Positions 18,358 through 28,846 of a stretch of 64,000 bases of DNA are shown here, in pieces. Under the pieces are notes generated by a model. It was given only the letters and a program-made list of their open reading frames with translations, made no database searches and was not told the origin of the DNA. Numbering within the stretch: position 1 is the first letter of the stretch; each line of letters begins with the position of its first letter. The stretch spans positions 28,869 to 92,868 of the forward strand of contig MFPD01000011.1 of the NCBI GenBank assembly GCA_001784115.1, read 5' to 3'. Origin of the DNA: Candidatus Levybacteria bacterium RIFCSPLOWO2_02_FULL_37_18 (lineage in GTDB: Bacteria; Patescibacteriota; Microgenomatia; Levybacterales; UBA12049). A program made the position numbers and the translations under genes.

Positions 18358-20505
18358 TTATTGTTCTTGTCCGTGCAAGCTATTGAGGAACTCCTGTGCA
18401 TTTTGGACAAGTACGTCTCTTGGCTTGGCCCCTTCTCCAGGGCCGACAATTCCAATTTCTTCTAACTGATCAAGTATCCGAGCAGCCCGAGAATACCCGA
18501 CAGATAATCTTCTTTGTAAAAGCGAAGCCGACGCTCTATCGTGTTGGCATACTGTCCGAATTGCTTCTTCAAATAACGGATCTCTTCCGTCAGGTGAACC
18601 TCCACCTGTGTGTCCGTTGCCTTTTTTAAGAGGCAATTGTTGCGCTGTAACTTCTTCTGTATATTCAACCGGAATTCCTTTTGATTTTAAGAAATCAACT
18701 AATTTTTTAACTTCTTTTTCCGAAACATACGTACCTTGAATACGCGTTGGTTTGGCTTGATCTGGAGGGACATATAACATATCTCCTCTTCCTAATAATT
18801 TCTCAGCCCCAGGGCCGTCGATTATTACCCTGGAATCAATCATCGAGGAAACGTTAAATGCGATTCTGCAAGGTATATTTGCTTTAATAAGTCCTGTGAT
18901 AATATTAACAGACGGCCTTTGGGTTGCAATTACCAAATGAATTCCGGTTGCCCTGGCCATTTGAGCAAGACGGGCAATAGAATCTTCAACATCAACTGGA
19001 GCAAACATCATAAGATCCGCAAGTTCATCAATGACAATCACAATATAGGGAAGTGCCTGAAATCCGGATAATTCATTGTATCCGTCGATGTTTTTTACTC
19101 CTCTTTCTGCAAATAATTTATACCTTCTGTCCATTTCGCCCATCGCCCATTTTAATGCAGATAAGATTTTTTCCGGTTCTACAATTACCGGAGTAAGTAA
19201 ATGCGGAATACCATTGTATGCTGTAAACTCAACTCGCTTTGGATCAACAAGAATTAACTTTAACTCAGCAGGAGACGCACGAAATAAAAGCGTGCAGATA
19301 AAAGAATTAATTAAAACTGATTTTCCAGATCCTGTGGTACCGGCAACTAACACATGAGGCATTTTGGCAATGTCCGCAACAACTGAATTTCCCGACACGT
19401 CAAGACCTAATGCAGCCGTTAATTTTGATTTACTCCTCTGCATGGAAGAAGAAACAAGAATTGTCTTTAATGTGACAATTTCAAGCGATTTATTCGGAAT
19501 TTCTATACCAACTAAATTTCTTCCGGGAATCGGCGCTTCGATTCTGATTTGTCCGGTTGGAGCTTCCGTTGCCAAAGCCAAATCGTTTGATAATGCAGTA
19601 ATTTTAGAAACCTTTGTGCCCAAAGCAATTTCCAAAGCATACTGGGTAACAGCAGGACCTAGGTTTACTTCAGAAACCCGGGCGTCAACGCCAAAGCTCT
19701 GTAGAGTTTTCTCTATAACTGCAGCGACTTTTTTAATATCTCCCCTGTCTGCTTTTTGATTTGAAGCATCAGACAAAAGAGATAAAGCCGGATATTCCCA
19801 AATTCCTCCACTTGTTAATTCTCCAACAGTATTGGTTACTAATTTTTCGGACAAAAGCTCTGGTTCTTTTTTTACGTGCTGAATTTTTATATTGGCAGCC
19901 GGAATCACAGCTACATCTTTTATCCCTCCTCCTTTTATTGCGATTGGTTTATTTCTGACAATAAGTTGTTTTTTTGTTTTGAAAAGTGAGTTAATAAGAT
20001 TTTTTGGATAGAATCGTAAAATATTTTTAATTGTAAAAGAAACACCTTGCGTTAACTCATCTAGTGTTGTATCAAACAATACCACTAATCCCACAAATAC
20101 TCCTATCAAAAACACAAGCATGCTCCCTAATTTGGTAATCATTTCCGCAAATGTTCTAAATAACATTTCGCCGACTCTTCCACCCTGTGTAAGACCAACA
20201 AGAGAAGTAAAAAACAAGACAAACCCAAGCGCTACATTAGGTTTTGAAATAAATAGTTTTAGTCGTAAAAATAAAAAACCAAACAGAATTATTACAAAGG
20301 GAAATAATATTGCGGAAAACCCAAACATTTCTTGGAGTTTTGTATTTAATGTCGTAAACGAACCGCCGCTTTCTCCAGGTGGAGTAAAAAATGTAAGAAG
20401 AAGTAAACCACCTGCTAAGATAAACCCTAAAGCAAAAAGAGTATAAATTGTCTCTTTTCGAAGTTTTAATTTTGGACCTCTCCGCCTATATCTTCTCTTG
20501 GGCAT
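18358..20505 (-). CDS. ftsK: DNA translocase FtsK
   Basis: 4 TM N-terminus, GTTGSGKS, IDELADLMM, gamma domain ASASLLQRRLSVGYSRAAR. Confidence 0.97.
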   Translation of the reverse strand: MPKRRYRRRGPKLKLRKETIYTLFALGFILAGGLLLLTFFTPPGESGGSFTTLNTKLQEMFGFSAILFPFVIILFGFLFLRLKLFISKPNVALGFVLFFTSLVGLTQGGRVGEMLFRTFAEMITKLGSMLVFLIGVFVGLVVLFDTTLDELTQGVSFTIKNILRFYPKNLINSLFKTKKQLIVRNKPIAIKGGGIKDVAVIPAANIKIQHVKKEPELLSEKLVTNTVGELTSGGIWEYPALSLLSDASNQKADRGDIKKVAAVIEKTLQSFGVDARVSEVNLGPAVTQYALEIALGTKVSKITALSNDLALATEAPTGQIRIEAPIPGRNLVGIEIPNKSLEIVTLKTILVSSSMQRSKSKLTAALGLDVSGNSVVADIAKMPHVLVAGTTGSGKSVLINSFICTLLFRASPAELKLILVDPKRVEFTAYNGIPHLLTPVIVEPEKILSALKWAMGEMDRRYKLFAERGVKNIDGYNELSGFQALPYIVIVIDELADLMMFAPVDVEDSIARLAQMARATGIHLVIATQRPSVNIITGLIKANIPCRIAFNVSSMIDSRVIIDGPGAEKLLGRGDMLYVPPDQAKPTRIQGTYVSEKEVKKLVDFLKSKGIPVEYTEEVTAQQLPLKKGNGHTGGGSPDGRDPLFEEAIRTVCQHDRASASLLQRRLSVGYSRAARILDQLEEIGIVGPGEGAKPRDVLVQNAQEFLNSLHGQEQ

Positions 20506-20547
20506 ATATTCTATTATATAAGTAAAATTTCCTAATCACAAGCGTAT

Positions 20548-22206
20548 CTAAACTTCAATCACAACCGGAAGCACAAGGGGGCGTTTGCGGAGTTTTCTCA
20601 AAATAAACCGTTCGCAGACTTCTCCGACAAACTTTCTCATATATGTCCAATTACTTACTAAGCCATTTTTTTTCTTTAATGATTTACATAATTCCCTCTC
20701 TACTCCTGCTGTTAACCTTTCTATGTTAACCGCAAATCCGCGGGTAATAATATCAGGTTTACCAACAAGCTGACCATTCGATGAATCAATTTCTACCATG
20801 ATAATTACAATCCCTGATTCCGATAATTTTTGCCTGTCTCGTAAAACAAAACTTTCTAATTCCTCTCCTGTTATTTCATCCACAAACACGTTTCTGACAG
20901 GAATTTTTCTGCCTAATCTTCCCCCGTTTTGATTAAATACAACCTCCTGCCCGTCTTCGACTAAAAAAATAGTTCCCTCTGTGTAGCCGTTTTCTTTTGC
21001 TAATTGTTTGTATAAAGCCATGTGCCTAAAATTCCCGCCAATGGGCAATAGTGTTTTTGGCTTTGTCAGCTGAATAAGTTTTACTAATTCATCCCATGAC
21101 CCGTGTCCTGAAACGTGTAATCCAACGTGGATTTTTGGATACAAAACCCTGATTCCTTTTTTAGAAATCTCGTCAATCATAGAATTTACCAAGACTTCAT
21201 TCCCAGGAATCGTATCCGAAGAAAAGATGATAGTGTCCTGGGAGGTTAATTTAATTTCTTTATGTTCTCCATTTACAATTCGTGCCATGGAAGAATTCTC
21301 TTGTCCTTGGCTTCCTGCAACGAGGAGGACAATCGAACTATCAGAGCAGCGTTCTAATTCATCAATTTGAATTTCTGTGTTTCCATCAAGCTTTATGTAA
21401 CCCATTTTTATGGCAATCTCTTTTGCTTTTATTAAAGATCTGCCAATAAAACAAACTTTTTTACCTAGTGTTTCCGAAGCTTGTATAATTTGATTAAGAC
21501 GGGCGATATGAGAAGAATATGTTGTCACCAAACATTTTCCCTTGCTTTCCTGTATCGCTTTATAGAGCGAGTCATATAACGGAGTTTCCGACCCTGAGTT
21601 TCCTTTTTTTTCTGTCCCCAAACAATCAGATAATAAACAAAGCACTCCTTCATTTCCGGCTTGGGTAATTTTTTGATAATCACTCACTTTTTTATCCCAC
21701 GGCATATCATCAAATTTAAAATCACTGCCGTGATAAAAATTACCAATTGGAGTTTTAATAAACATATGCGAAGTGTCTGGAACCGAATGGGTAACATGAA
21801 TAAACGAAACAGAAAAATCTCCCAGTATTTTTTGATTACTCGTGAATGGAATAGATTGCACTCTATGATCAAGTCCGAATTCTTTTAATTTTTCATTGCA
21901 AAAAGAAGCGGTAAGCGGTGTGGCAAAAATAGGGAAATTTGGCAATTGCGGAAGAATAAATGGTAGTGCACCCAAATGATCCTCGTGTCCATGAGAAATA
22001 CACATACCTACAATTTTTTTTCCTGATTGAATTGCATTGAGAATATAGGTGATATCTGGAACGAGTAAATCAACACCAAACATTGTTTCATCCGGAAACC
22101 CAAGTCCGCAGTCAACAATAAGTATTTGATTATTATATTCATATATATACATGTTGCGGGTAACGTTTCCGGGACCACCGAGGGGAATAAGGGAAAGAGT
22201 ATCCAT
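20548..22206 (-). CDS. rnj: Ribonuclease J
   Basis: SHGHEDHLG, VTHSVPD, GSQGQ, HVSGH; start moved to ATG 22206. Confidence 0.93.
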   Translation of the reverse strand: MDTLSLIPLGGPGNVTRNMYIYEYNNQILIVDCGLGFPDETMFGVDLLVPDITYILNAIQSGKKIVGMCISHGHEDHLGALPFILPQLPNFPIFATPLTASFCNEKLKEFGLDHRVQSIPFTSNQKILGDFSVSFIHVTHSVPDTSHMFIKTPIGNFYHGSDFKFDDMPWDKKVSDYQKITQAGNEGVLCLLSDCLGTEKKGNSGSETPLYDSLYKAIQESKGKCLVTTYSSHIARLNQIIQASETLGKKVCFIGRSLIKAKEIAIKMGYIKLDGNTEIQIDELERCSDSSIVLLVAGSQGQENSSMARIVNGEHKEIKLTSQDTIIFSSDTIPGNEVLVNSMIDEISKKGIRVLYPKIHVGLHVSGHGSWDELVKLIQLTKPKTLLPIGGNFRHMALYKQLAKENGYTEGTIFLVEDGQEVVFNQNGGRLGRKIPVRNVFVDEITGEELESFVLRDRQKLSESGIVIIMVEIDSSNGQLVGKPDIITRGFAVNIERLTAGVERELCKSLKKKNGLVSNWTYMRKFVGEVCERFILRKLRKRPLVLPVVIEV

Positions 22207-22282
22207 ATTAATTCCTAATTTCAAATTTCCAATTAATAATTTCAAATAAGGTTCCTTATTTATTTGAAATTCTCTGTATATT

Positions 22283-23398
22283 CTACCACGTCAGGAGAAA
22301 TTCTTTAATATTTTGTGAATTTATGTGTACTGTTTGAGCTTTTCCCTCAACTATAATCCGCGCTGCTTTTCTTAACATCCCTTCTATTGTCCTATACAAA
22401 CTTCTAATTCCAGAATCATACCCTAAAGGTCTTATAACTGTTGGCCATAAGTTATCATCAATAAAAATTTTATTTTCTGTTAATCCTGTTTGGGCTCTAA
22501 TCCGAGGAAAAAAAAAGCTCTTGGCAATCACAATTTTTTCTTGATCTGTATACGAAGGCATTTGAATAATCTCAAGTCTATCCAAAACTGCAGCAGAAAT
22601 ATTTGTGGTGTTATTTGCAGTAGCGATAAATAGTACTTCTGACAAATCAAATGGATAATCAATATAATGATCGGTAAATGCTTTATTTTGCTCAGGATCC
22701 AAAAGCTCTACTAAAACTCCCATAATATCGGACATTCCGTGTTCTGATACCCTGTCCAATTCGTCAAGTAAAATAACACAATTTTTACTTCCGGCGCGAA
22801 CTAATTTTTTAATAATGTATCCTGGTTCTGCATCGGGCATTGCCTTGGATTGACCCCGTAAAGCCCTTGCATCTCCCATTCCTCCAAAAGGAATTCTTTC
22901 AAATTTTTTTCCTAAACTTTCTGCAATAGAATAAACCAATGTTGTTTTTCCGGTTCCGGCAAGTCCAACAAGACATAAAATAGGCGCTTTTGAAGGAATC
23001 AATTGTTTTTCTTGATTTTCTTTTAAAATTAAAACTGATAAATAATTTAGAATATATTCTTTTACACCGGAAAGCCCATAATGATTTTTATCCATTACAG
23101 ATTTTGCTGTCGTTAGATTTAATATATCCTGAGTTTTTTTATTCCAGGGAAGACTCACTACCCAATTAATGTAGGCAACCGAGCTTTCATATTCTGTAAT
23201 ATATGTTGAGCTTAAATACCCGGAAGATGCTCGTAAAAGAGCAAGACGCGAAACCCGCTCCGTAAGTAAATCTTTTAAGTCAGCAGGGATATCTGCTTTT
23301 TCTATTTTCTCTCCGAGTTTTCTTACTTGATCCGAAGCATCAGTAGGTTTCTGAATTACTGGCTGAACTGGTTGATCAGTTGGGACAGAAAGATCCAT
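22283..23398 (-). CDS. Lon-type AAA+ ATPase module without protease domain
   Basis: HYGL..VKE, GLAGTGKT, LLDELD, LLDPEQNKAFTDHY; ends before the Ser-Lys protease domain. Confidence 0.85.
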   Translation of the reverse strand: MDLSVPTDQPVQPVIQKPTDASDQVRKLGEKIEKADIPADLKDLLTERVSRLALLRASSGYLSSTYITEYESSVAYINWVVSLPWNKKTQDILNLTTAKSVMDKNHYGLSGVKEYILNYLSVLILKENQEKQLIPSKAPILCLVGLAGTGKTTLVYSIAESLGKKFERIPFGGMGDARALRGQSKAMPDAEPGYIIKKLVRAGSKNCVILLDELDRVSEHGMSDIMGVLVELLDPEQNKAFTDHYIDYPFDLSEVLFIATANNTTNISAAVLDRLEIIQMPSYTDQEKIVIAKSFFFPRIRAQTGLTENKIFIDDNLWPTVIRPLGYDSGIRSLYRTIEGMLRKAARIIVEGKAQTVHINSQNIKEFLLTW

Positions 23399-23436
23399 AC
23401 CTATAGAATACTACAAATACTACCAATAAACAAAAT

Positions 23437-23537
23437 AATTCAGAATCTAGAATTCATAATTCAGAATAAAATTAAGAATGTAGAATTATAAATTCTAGAT
23501 TCAATTCTGAATTCTAAGCTCTGAACTCTAAATTCTA
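23437..23537. repeat. Heptamer array (AATTCAG / AATTCTG, inverted halves)
   Basis: aattcag aatctag aattcat aattcag ... aattctg aattcta agctctg aactcta aattcta. Confidence 0.8.
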
Positions 23538-25886
23538 ATAGTGGGTTTTTCGAAAGCGTGGACGAGGAGAGGTAGATCGAAGGTTATTTCTCTCCGACCT
23601 TTCTCTTTGAAATTGCCTTGACAGCGGATGAGGCGAACGCCTCTCAGGTCTTTCATCTCGTCTTTCTGGTCTTCTTCCCGAAGTCTGTCCTCGCCTGTCA
23701 AGTCTTCGACCCCCAGGTTCAGACCCGAAGGTCCCGCGACCTCGGCTTTCGGCCTCCGGCCCAAACAACATTGACAAGTTTATCCTTCCTTGCTCATCAA
23801 TTTCTGCGACTCTGACTTTTACTGTTTGTCCAATTGACACTACATCCGATGGGTCTTTGACAAAATTTGTTGACATTTGAGACACATGGACCATTCCTTC
23901 TTTTCCAGGAAGAATTTCAACAAAGGCTCCAAAAGGAAGCATGCGCCTTACAACTCCTTCAAACTCCTCTCCAACAACTATTTCCCGGGTCAAATTCCTC
24001 ACCCAATCTGTTGCCTTTCTAACAGCTTCCTCAGAAGTCCCCGAAACCGTAACTGACCCGTCATCCTCAACATCAACCGTTGCCGAAGTTTCGGCAATAA
24101 TATTTCGAATAACTCGCCCGCCCGGCCCAATTACCTCACCGATTTTTTCAATCGGTATCTTAACAACTTCTATTTTGGGAGCAAATTCAGAAACTGCTGC
24201 TCGTGAAGCAGTAATAACTAACTTCATTTTTTCTAAAATAGAAAGCCTCCCCGCTTTTGCTCTTTGTAGTGTTTCCTTAATCTGATCAATGGTTAAACCC
24301 AGAATCTTTACGTCAAGTTGAACTGCCGTAATACCGCTGTCTGTACCACTAACTTTAAAATCCATATCACCGGAAAAATCTTCCAGCCCAATTATGTCGG
24401 AAAGAATGACATATTCATCTTTACCTGAATCTGCTAAACGGCTCATCATTCCCATAGCAATCCCTGCAACTGGTTTTTTGATCGGAACTCCGGCATCCAT
24501 TAAAGCCAGTGTTGATCCGCAGGTTGCTGCCATACTCGTGGAACCATTAGACGATAATATTTCAGAAACAACCCTAATGGTATAAGGAAATTTTTCTTGA
24601 CTTGGAATAACAGCTTCAAGTGCCCGTTCTGCCAAAGCTCCATGCCCAATTTCCCTTCTTGAAGGAGTACCCATTCTCCCTGTTTCCCCTACAGAATAAG
24701 GAGGCATGGAATAATGATGAATGTATCGCTTGGATTCTTCTCCTTCTGCGGATTCGATTAACTGCTCGAGTCTTGGAGATCCAAGAGTTACAACTGTCAA
24801 AGATTGAGTGTTTCCTCTTTGGAACAAGGCAGATCCGTGAGTTCTCGGCAAAAGTCCAACTTCTACGGTTATAGGACGAATCTCATCGATTTTTCTTCCA
24901 TCTACTCTTTGAGACTTGGTTAAAACAGCCTCTCTAATTCCTTCAAATAGAATCATTTCAACTGCTTTTGCTATAGTTTTTTTATCTACTGGGCTTTCCG
25001 GATTTGCTAATCCTGAGCTTGCCGAATGGACTTCTTCAAAAATTTTACTAAGTAGATCTTCTGATTCTGAGGAATCAGCTTCTTTTGTCGCTCTGGATTT
25101 TCCCAGTTCTATAATCTCTGATTTATATGATTTTTCAATCCGGGCAACAAGCTCATGTAAGACGCTACTTTCTGCTGCAACTTCTTTCTTTTGTCCAATT
25201 TCTTTCGCTAATTTCTTTATTGCCTCAATAATTTTTATATTTTCTTCGTAAGCTTTCTGAATTGCTTCAACAACAACGTCCTCGGAAACTTGTCTTGCAT
25301 CAGCTTCAAGCATGAGGGTTTTTTCTTTTGTTTGAGTCACTACCAAGTTAAGATCGGAAAGGGCTATTTCTGCGATATGAGGATTTATAATAAAATCATA
25401 CTTCCCATTTCCTTGTTCTTTTATAAGACCGATTCTAACGGCACCAACAGGACCTTTCCATGGAATTTTTGACAAAGACAATGCTGCCGAAACCGCAACA
25501 ATTGACAATACATCCGGTTCATTCTCTCCATCAACTGATAAAACAGTAACTACGACTTGGATTTCTTTTTTGTATTCTTTAGGAAATAAGGGTCGAATTG
25601 ACCTGTCTATTAAACGTGCTGTTAAAATTGCCTCGTCTGAAGGTCTGCCTTCCCGTTTTACCCACCTACTCCCTTTAATTCTTCCGCCTGCGTACAACCT
25701 TTCTACGTACTCAACTGTCAAAGGAAAATACCCTAATTCTGTTTCCTTTCCTTCCACAACAGTCACCAGTACCATTGTGTCTCCCAAACGAGCAAGTACG
25801 GAGGTTGTTGCTTGCCCAGCAAGCTGTCCTGTCTGTAGAATTATGGTTTTTCCGTTAATATCTAAGTTTACTGAGGTCTTTTGCAT
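23535..25886 (-). CDS. pnp: Polyribonucleotide nucleotidyltransferase
   Basis: RTHGSALFQRG, RREIGHGALAE, GDMDFKV, KH and S1 domains. Confidence 0.98.
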   Translation of the reverse strand: MQKTSVNLDINGKTIILQTGQLAGQATTSVLARLGDTMVLVTVVEGKETELGYFPLTVEYVERLYAGGRIKGSRWVKREGRPSDEAILTARLIDRSIRPLFPKEYKKEIQVVVTVLSVDGENEPDVLSIVAVSAALSLSKIPWKGPVGAVRIGLIKEQGNGKYDFIINPHIAEIALSDLNLVVTQTKEKTLMLEADARQVSEDVVVEAIQKAYEENIKIIEAIKKLAKEIGQKKEVAAESSVLHELVARIEKSYKSEIIELGKSRATKEADSSESEDLLSKIFEEVHSASSGLANPESPVDKKTIAKAVEMILFEGIREAVLTKSQRVDGRKIDEIRPITVEVGLLPRTHGSALFQRGNTQSLTVVTLGSPRLEQLIESAEGEESKRYIHHYSMPPYSVGETGRMGTPSRREIGHGALAERALEAVIPSQEKFPYTIRVVSEILSSNGSTSMAATCGSTLALMDAGVPIKKPVAGIAMGMMSRLADSGKDEYVILSDIIGLEDFSGDMDFKVSGTDSGITAVQLDVKILGLTIDQIKETLQRAKAGRLSILEKMKLVITASRAAVSEFAPKIEVVKIPIEKIGEVIGPGGRVIRNIIAETSATVDVEDDGSVTVSGTSEEAVRKATDWVRNLTREIVVGEEFEGVVRRMLPFGAFVEILPGKEGMVHVSQMSTNFVKDPSDVVSIGQTVKVRVAEIDEQGRINLSMLFGPEAESRGRGTFGSEPGGRRLDRRGQTSGRRPERRDERPERRSPHPLSRQFQRERSERNNLRSTSPRPRFRKTHY

Positions 25887-25960
25887 GTATTCTTTTTTCT
25901 TTCTTTAACGTAGCCTTAAGAAGCATCTCTCTTAGGTCACTTTTCTCATTATATCACACG

Positions 25961-26230
25961 TTAATCTTTTAGTCCAATCTTCTTAGCAATTGCTGCGGCT
26001 CGTTTTTTTTCAACTTTTCCCAAAAAATTTAAAAGTCTTCTGCGTTTGGCAATCATGGATAAAAGCCCACGCCTGCTATGTATGTCATGAGTATGATTTT
26101 TTAAATGCTCTGTTAATCTTTCAATTCTCCTTGTTAAAAGCGCAATTTGGACTTCCGGACTCCCTGTATCTCCACTAACCGTCTGAAATTCTTTAATAAT
26201 TTCTTGTTTAAGTGTCGAAGATAACGACAT
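25961..26230 (-). CDS. rpsO: 30S ribosomal protein S15
   Basis: DTGSPEVQIALLT, HSRRGLL. Confidence 0.98.
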   Translation of the reverse strand: MSLSSTLKQEIIKEFQTVSGDTGSPEVQIALLTRRIERLTEHLKNHTHDIHSRRGLLSMIAKRRRLLNFLGKVEKKRAAAIAKKIGLKD

Positions 26231-26299
26231 ATAGGGATGTATTATAGCAGGAACAAAAGCTTACTACAAGCATTGAAAGTATCAAAAAGATACAAAACT

Positions 26300-27217
26300 T
26301 TATACTATGGTTGATCCTTTATAGATTTTAGGAGCAAGCCAATCTGGCGGAGCCTCCTTTTTCTTTTCCTGTTCTATCTCTTCTATGCTACTGGCTGGAA
26401 GTTTCTGTTGAGTTTGTTTATTCGGTTGAGCAGAAGGTCTGGGTCCAAAAAACGGATCATACGTTCCTCCAAAATCACCTTTTGGTAATACTTGTCTGAC
26501 AGCTCCTTTCTTCATAAGAAGTGCTGCCATTTCGAAGGCGACAGTGGAAGTTTTCGGATTGCCAAAATTATTTGTAGCGCTTGAAATTCCGGAGAGGAGA
26601 TTTTGAGCTTCGTCAATACCAAATTCTAAGGGTAAAGAAGACAAAAGTGTTGCAATCTGCTCAGAAACTGAAGAAAAATTAGGCGACACCAACACCACGT
26701 CGCCAAATCCTTGATTTTGAGTATTGTTGTCAATATTGACTACCGTTGTGTCTTTTAAGCTCTCCGTATCAAATAACTTACCTAAATCAGAAAGTCGTGG
26801 TGTACCGATAACAAATAAGATTTTTGCAGGAGATATACCTCGTTTATACCGTATTTCTTGCTCAGAAAAAGTAAGTCCGACTTCTCCAGCCTTAACAACT
26901 ATATTAAGGTATCCATCTTCAAGGGTATACGAAACTTTTTCTATTTCTCCTTCTTTATACGGAAAAGAAACAATCAGATCTCCCGTGCTACCGTTTAAAT
27001 CTGTTTTTACCCTATCAATTCCTACGAGTGTTGAAACTTCAACCAAGGGTGAAGTTGGAGAAGCAATGACAACCTGCTTTCCCATTTTTTCTAAAGATAA
27101 AGCTAAGGATAGAGCGGCAGCCATTGTGTCAAGTGTTGGATTTTGACCAACCGCAATAGCTATTTTGTCATTTTTGGACAGAAGATCACGAATTTTTGCA
27201 AACGTAGGGTTGTCCAT
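26300..27217 (-). CDS. DHH/NrnA-like protein with degenerate active site
   Basis: NrnA position after infB; NPTLD and IDNN in place of PDxD and IDHH. Confidence 0.65.
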   Translation of the reverse strand: MDNPTFAKIRDLLSKNDKIAIAVGQNPTLDTMAAALSLALSLEKMGKQVVIASPTSPLVEVSTLVGIDRVKTDLNGSTGDLIVSFPYKEGEIEKVSYTLEDGYLNIVVKAGEVGLTFSEQEIRYKRGISPAKILFVIGTPRLSDLGKLFDTESLKDTTVVNIDNNTQNQGFGDVVLVSPNFSSVSEQIATLLSSLPLEFGIDEAQNLLSGISSATNNFGNPKTSTVAFEMAALLMKKGAVRQVLPKGDFGGTYDPFFGPRPSAQPNKQTQQKLPASSIEEIEQEKKKEAPPDWLAPKIYKGSTIV

Positions 27218-27221
27218 ACTG

Positions 27222-28712
27222 TCAGTCGTGGCATAATAGCATATCTCCTATAGTAAAGTCAAGCACCGGAGCTATGATAATTCCGCATTCTTTTCCCTTC
27301 TCAACTTTAGAAGCTTGTTCTTTGCCAATTCTAACCGAAGTAATCGTGCTTTCGCCAATAACTTCTTCTCCTCTTATAAGCCGCACCTTGTCTCCCCTCG
27401 CAACTCGTCCCTCTGTAACTCGAATCCCCAAAACTTTTGTTTTTTCAAATGGAAAGCTTGCAAGCACGACAGCAGAACCAAAAATCTGTTCTTGCAATGA
27501 AAGCTGTTTTCCTTCCAAAGCATCTTTTACCTCGTCTAAAAGCTCGTAGATAACCGTGTAATTTTTCAGAAGTACTCTTTCTACTTGCGCTAGTCTTTGG
27601 ACTTCATTCCTTATTTTCGTATTAAAACTAACGAGTATTGCTCCTGTTGATTTTGCTAACAAGACATCTGCTTCTGTTACTTCTCCTGTTTTTTTCAAAA
27701 TTACTTTAATTTCTTTGGGAAGAGAGGCCGTAATTGCTTCCAATGCTCCTTCAGTCTCAGCGCATACTATAATAGAAAGTTCGCTCGCCTCGCTACTCAT
27801 AAAAAATAATGACTTTTTCCCTTCTGCTTTTTCTATTTTTTCTACTTTTCCTACTTGTTTTATCTGTGCATCTGATTTTTTATAGACCATTTCACCTACT
27901 ACAGGTGGATCTTCAAATCCTAAAATTTCCACTCCTTCTCCTTCTTCTGCTTTTTGAATCTTTTCTCTTTTATCCGTAATTAAAGCTTTGACACGGCCAT
28001 GTATTTTTCCTGAAGTAATTTCATCTTTTATCTTTAAATTCCCTTTTTTTATAATTACTGTTGCAAGCGAACCTCTTTTTATATCCCGCTTTGACTCAAT
28101 CACGATTGCCTCAAACCTTTCGACTCCACTTGGGACAAGTTTTTCCGCTCCTACTTTTAGATCAAATACTAATAAAATAAGCTCAAGCAACTCCTTAATA
28201 TTGTGACCTGTTTTTGCTGATACCTCTATTTGAGGTATGTCTCCGCCTCTTCCTTCTACGAGTACTTCTTCTTTTGCCAATTCTCCTATTACCTTTTCCG
28301 GGTTTTTATCAGGTAGGTCTGATTTTGTCAAAACAACAATAAAAGGGATTTTAGATACTCGTAAATGCTGAATTGATTCTTTTGTCTGAGGCTTAATCCC
28401 TTCACTTGAAGAAACTATTAACAATCCAATATTTGCAGCTGTTGCCCCCCGACTTCGCATCTTGCTAAACGCTTCATGTCCTGGCGTGTCAATAAAAGTA
28501 ATCTGTCTTTTTTTATCTTCATGAAAAACCTCAACGCTTGAGGCACCAATTCTTTGGGTAATTCCGCCGTGCTCCAGTACTGCTATAGATGTTTTTCGAA
28601 TTGCATCCAAAAGTGAAGTTTTTCCGTGATCTACATGACCCAAGACCGCAACTACCGGAATGCCTAAATTGCCTGAAGTTTGAACTAATTTTTGTGTATT
28701 TTTTTTTGGCAT
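27222..28712 (-). CDS. infB: Translation initiation factor IF-2, short form lacking the N-domain
   Basis: GHVDHGKT, GGITQ, DTPGHEAF, ECGI. Confidence 0.96.
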   Translation of the reverse strand: MPKKNTQKLVQTSGNLGIPVVAVLGHVDHGKTSLLDAIRKTSIAVLEHGGITQRIGASSVEVFHEDKKRQITFIDTPGHEAFSKMRSRGATAANIGLLIVSSSEGIKPQTKESIQHLRVSKIPFIVVLTKSDLPDKNPEKVIGELAKEEVLVEGRGGDIPQIEVSAKTGHNIKELLELILLVFDLKVGAEKLVPSGVERFEAIVIESKRDIKRGSLATVIIKKGNLKIKDEITSGKIHGRVKALITDKREKIQKAEEGEGVEILGFEDPPVVGEMVYKKSDAQIKQVGKVEKIEKAEGKKSLFFMSSEASELSIIVCAETEGALEAITASLPKEIKVILKKTGEVTEADVLLAKSTGAILVSFNTKIRNEVQRLAQVERVLLKNYTVIYELLDEVKDALEGKQLSLQEQIFGSAVVLASFPFEKTKVLGIRVTEGRVARGDKVRLIRGEEVIGESTITSVRIGKEQASKVEKGKECGIIIAPVLDFTIGDMLLCHD

Positions 28713-28729
28713 ACAATAGTAACTGTGAC

Positions 28730-28846
28730 CGAAATTTTCAGAAGACTCGGAATGCTCGGAGATCCAGTATTTCAGGGGGTCTGATTATCAGATAGTCTGA
28801 TTTGCTGATATTCTGTCATACTGAGTTTTCTGAGTTTTCCGAATCA
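28730..28846. repeat. Degenerate 9-mer array (TCAGA/TCTGA cores) overlapping the nusA 3' end
   Basis: ctgattatc agatagt ctgatttg ctgatatt ... ctgagtttt ctgagtttt ccgaatc; encodes NDSENSENSV. Confidence 0.65.
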
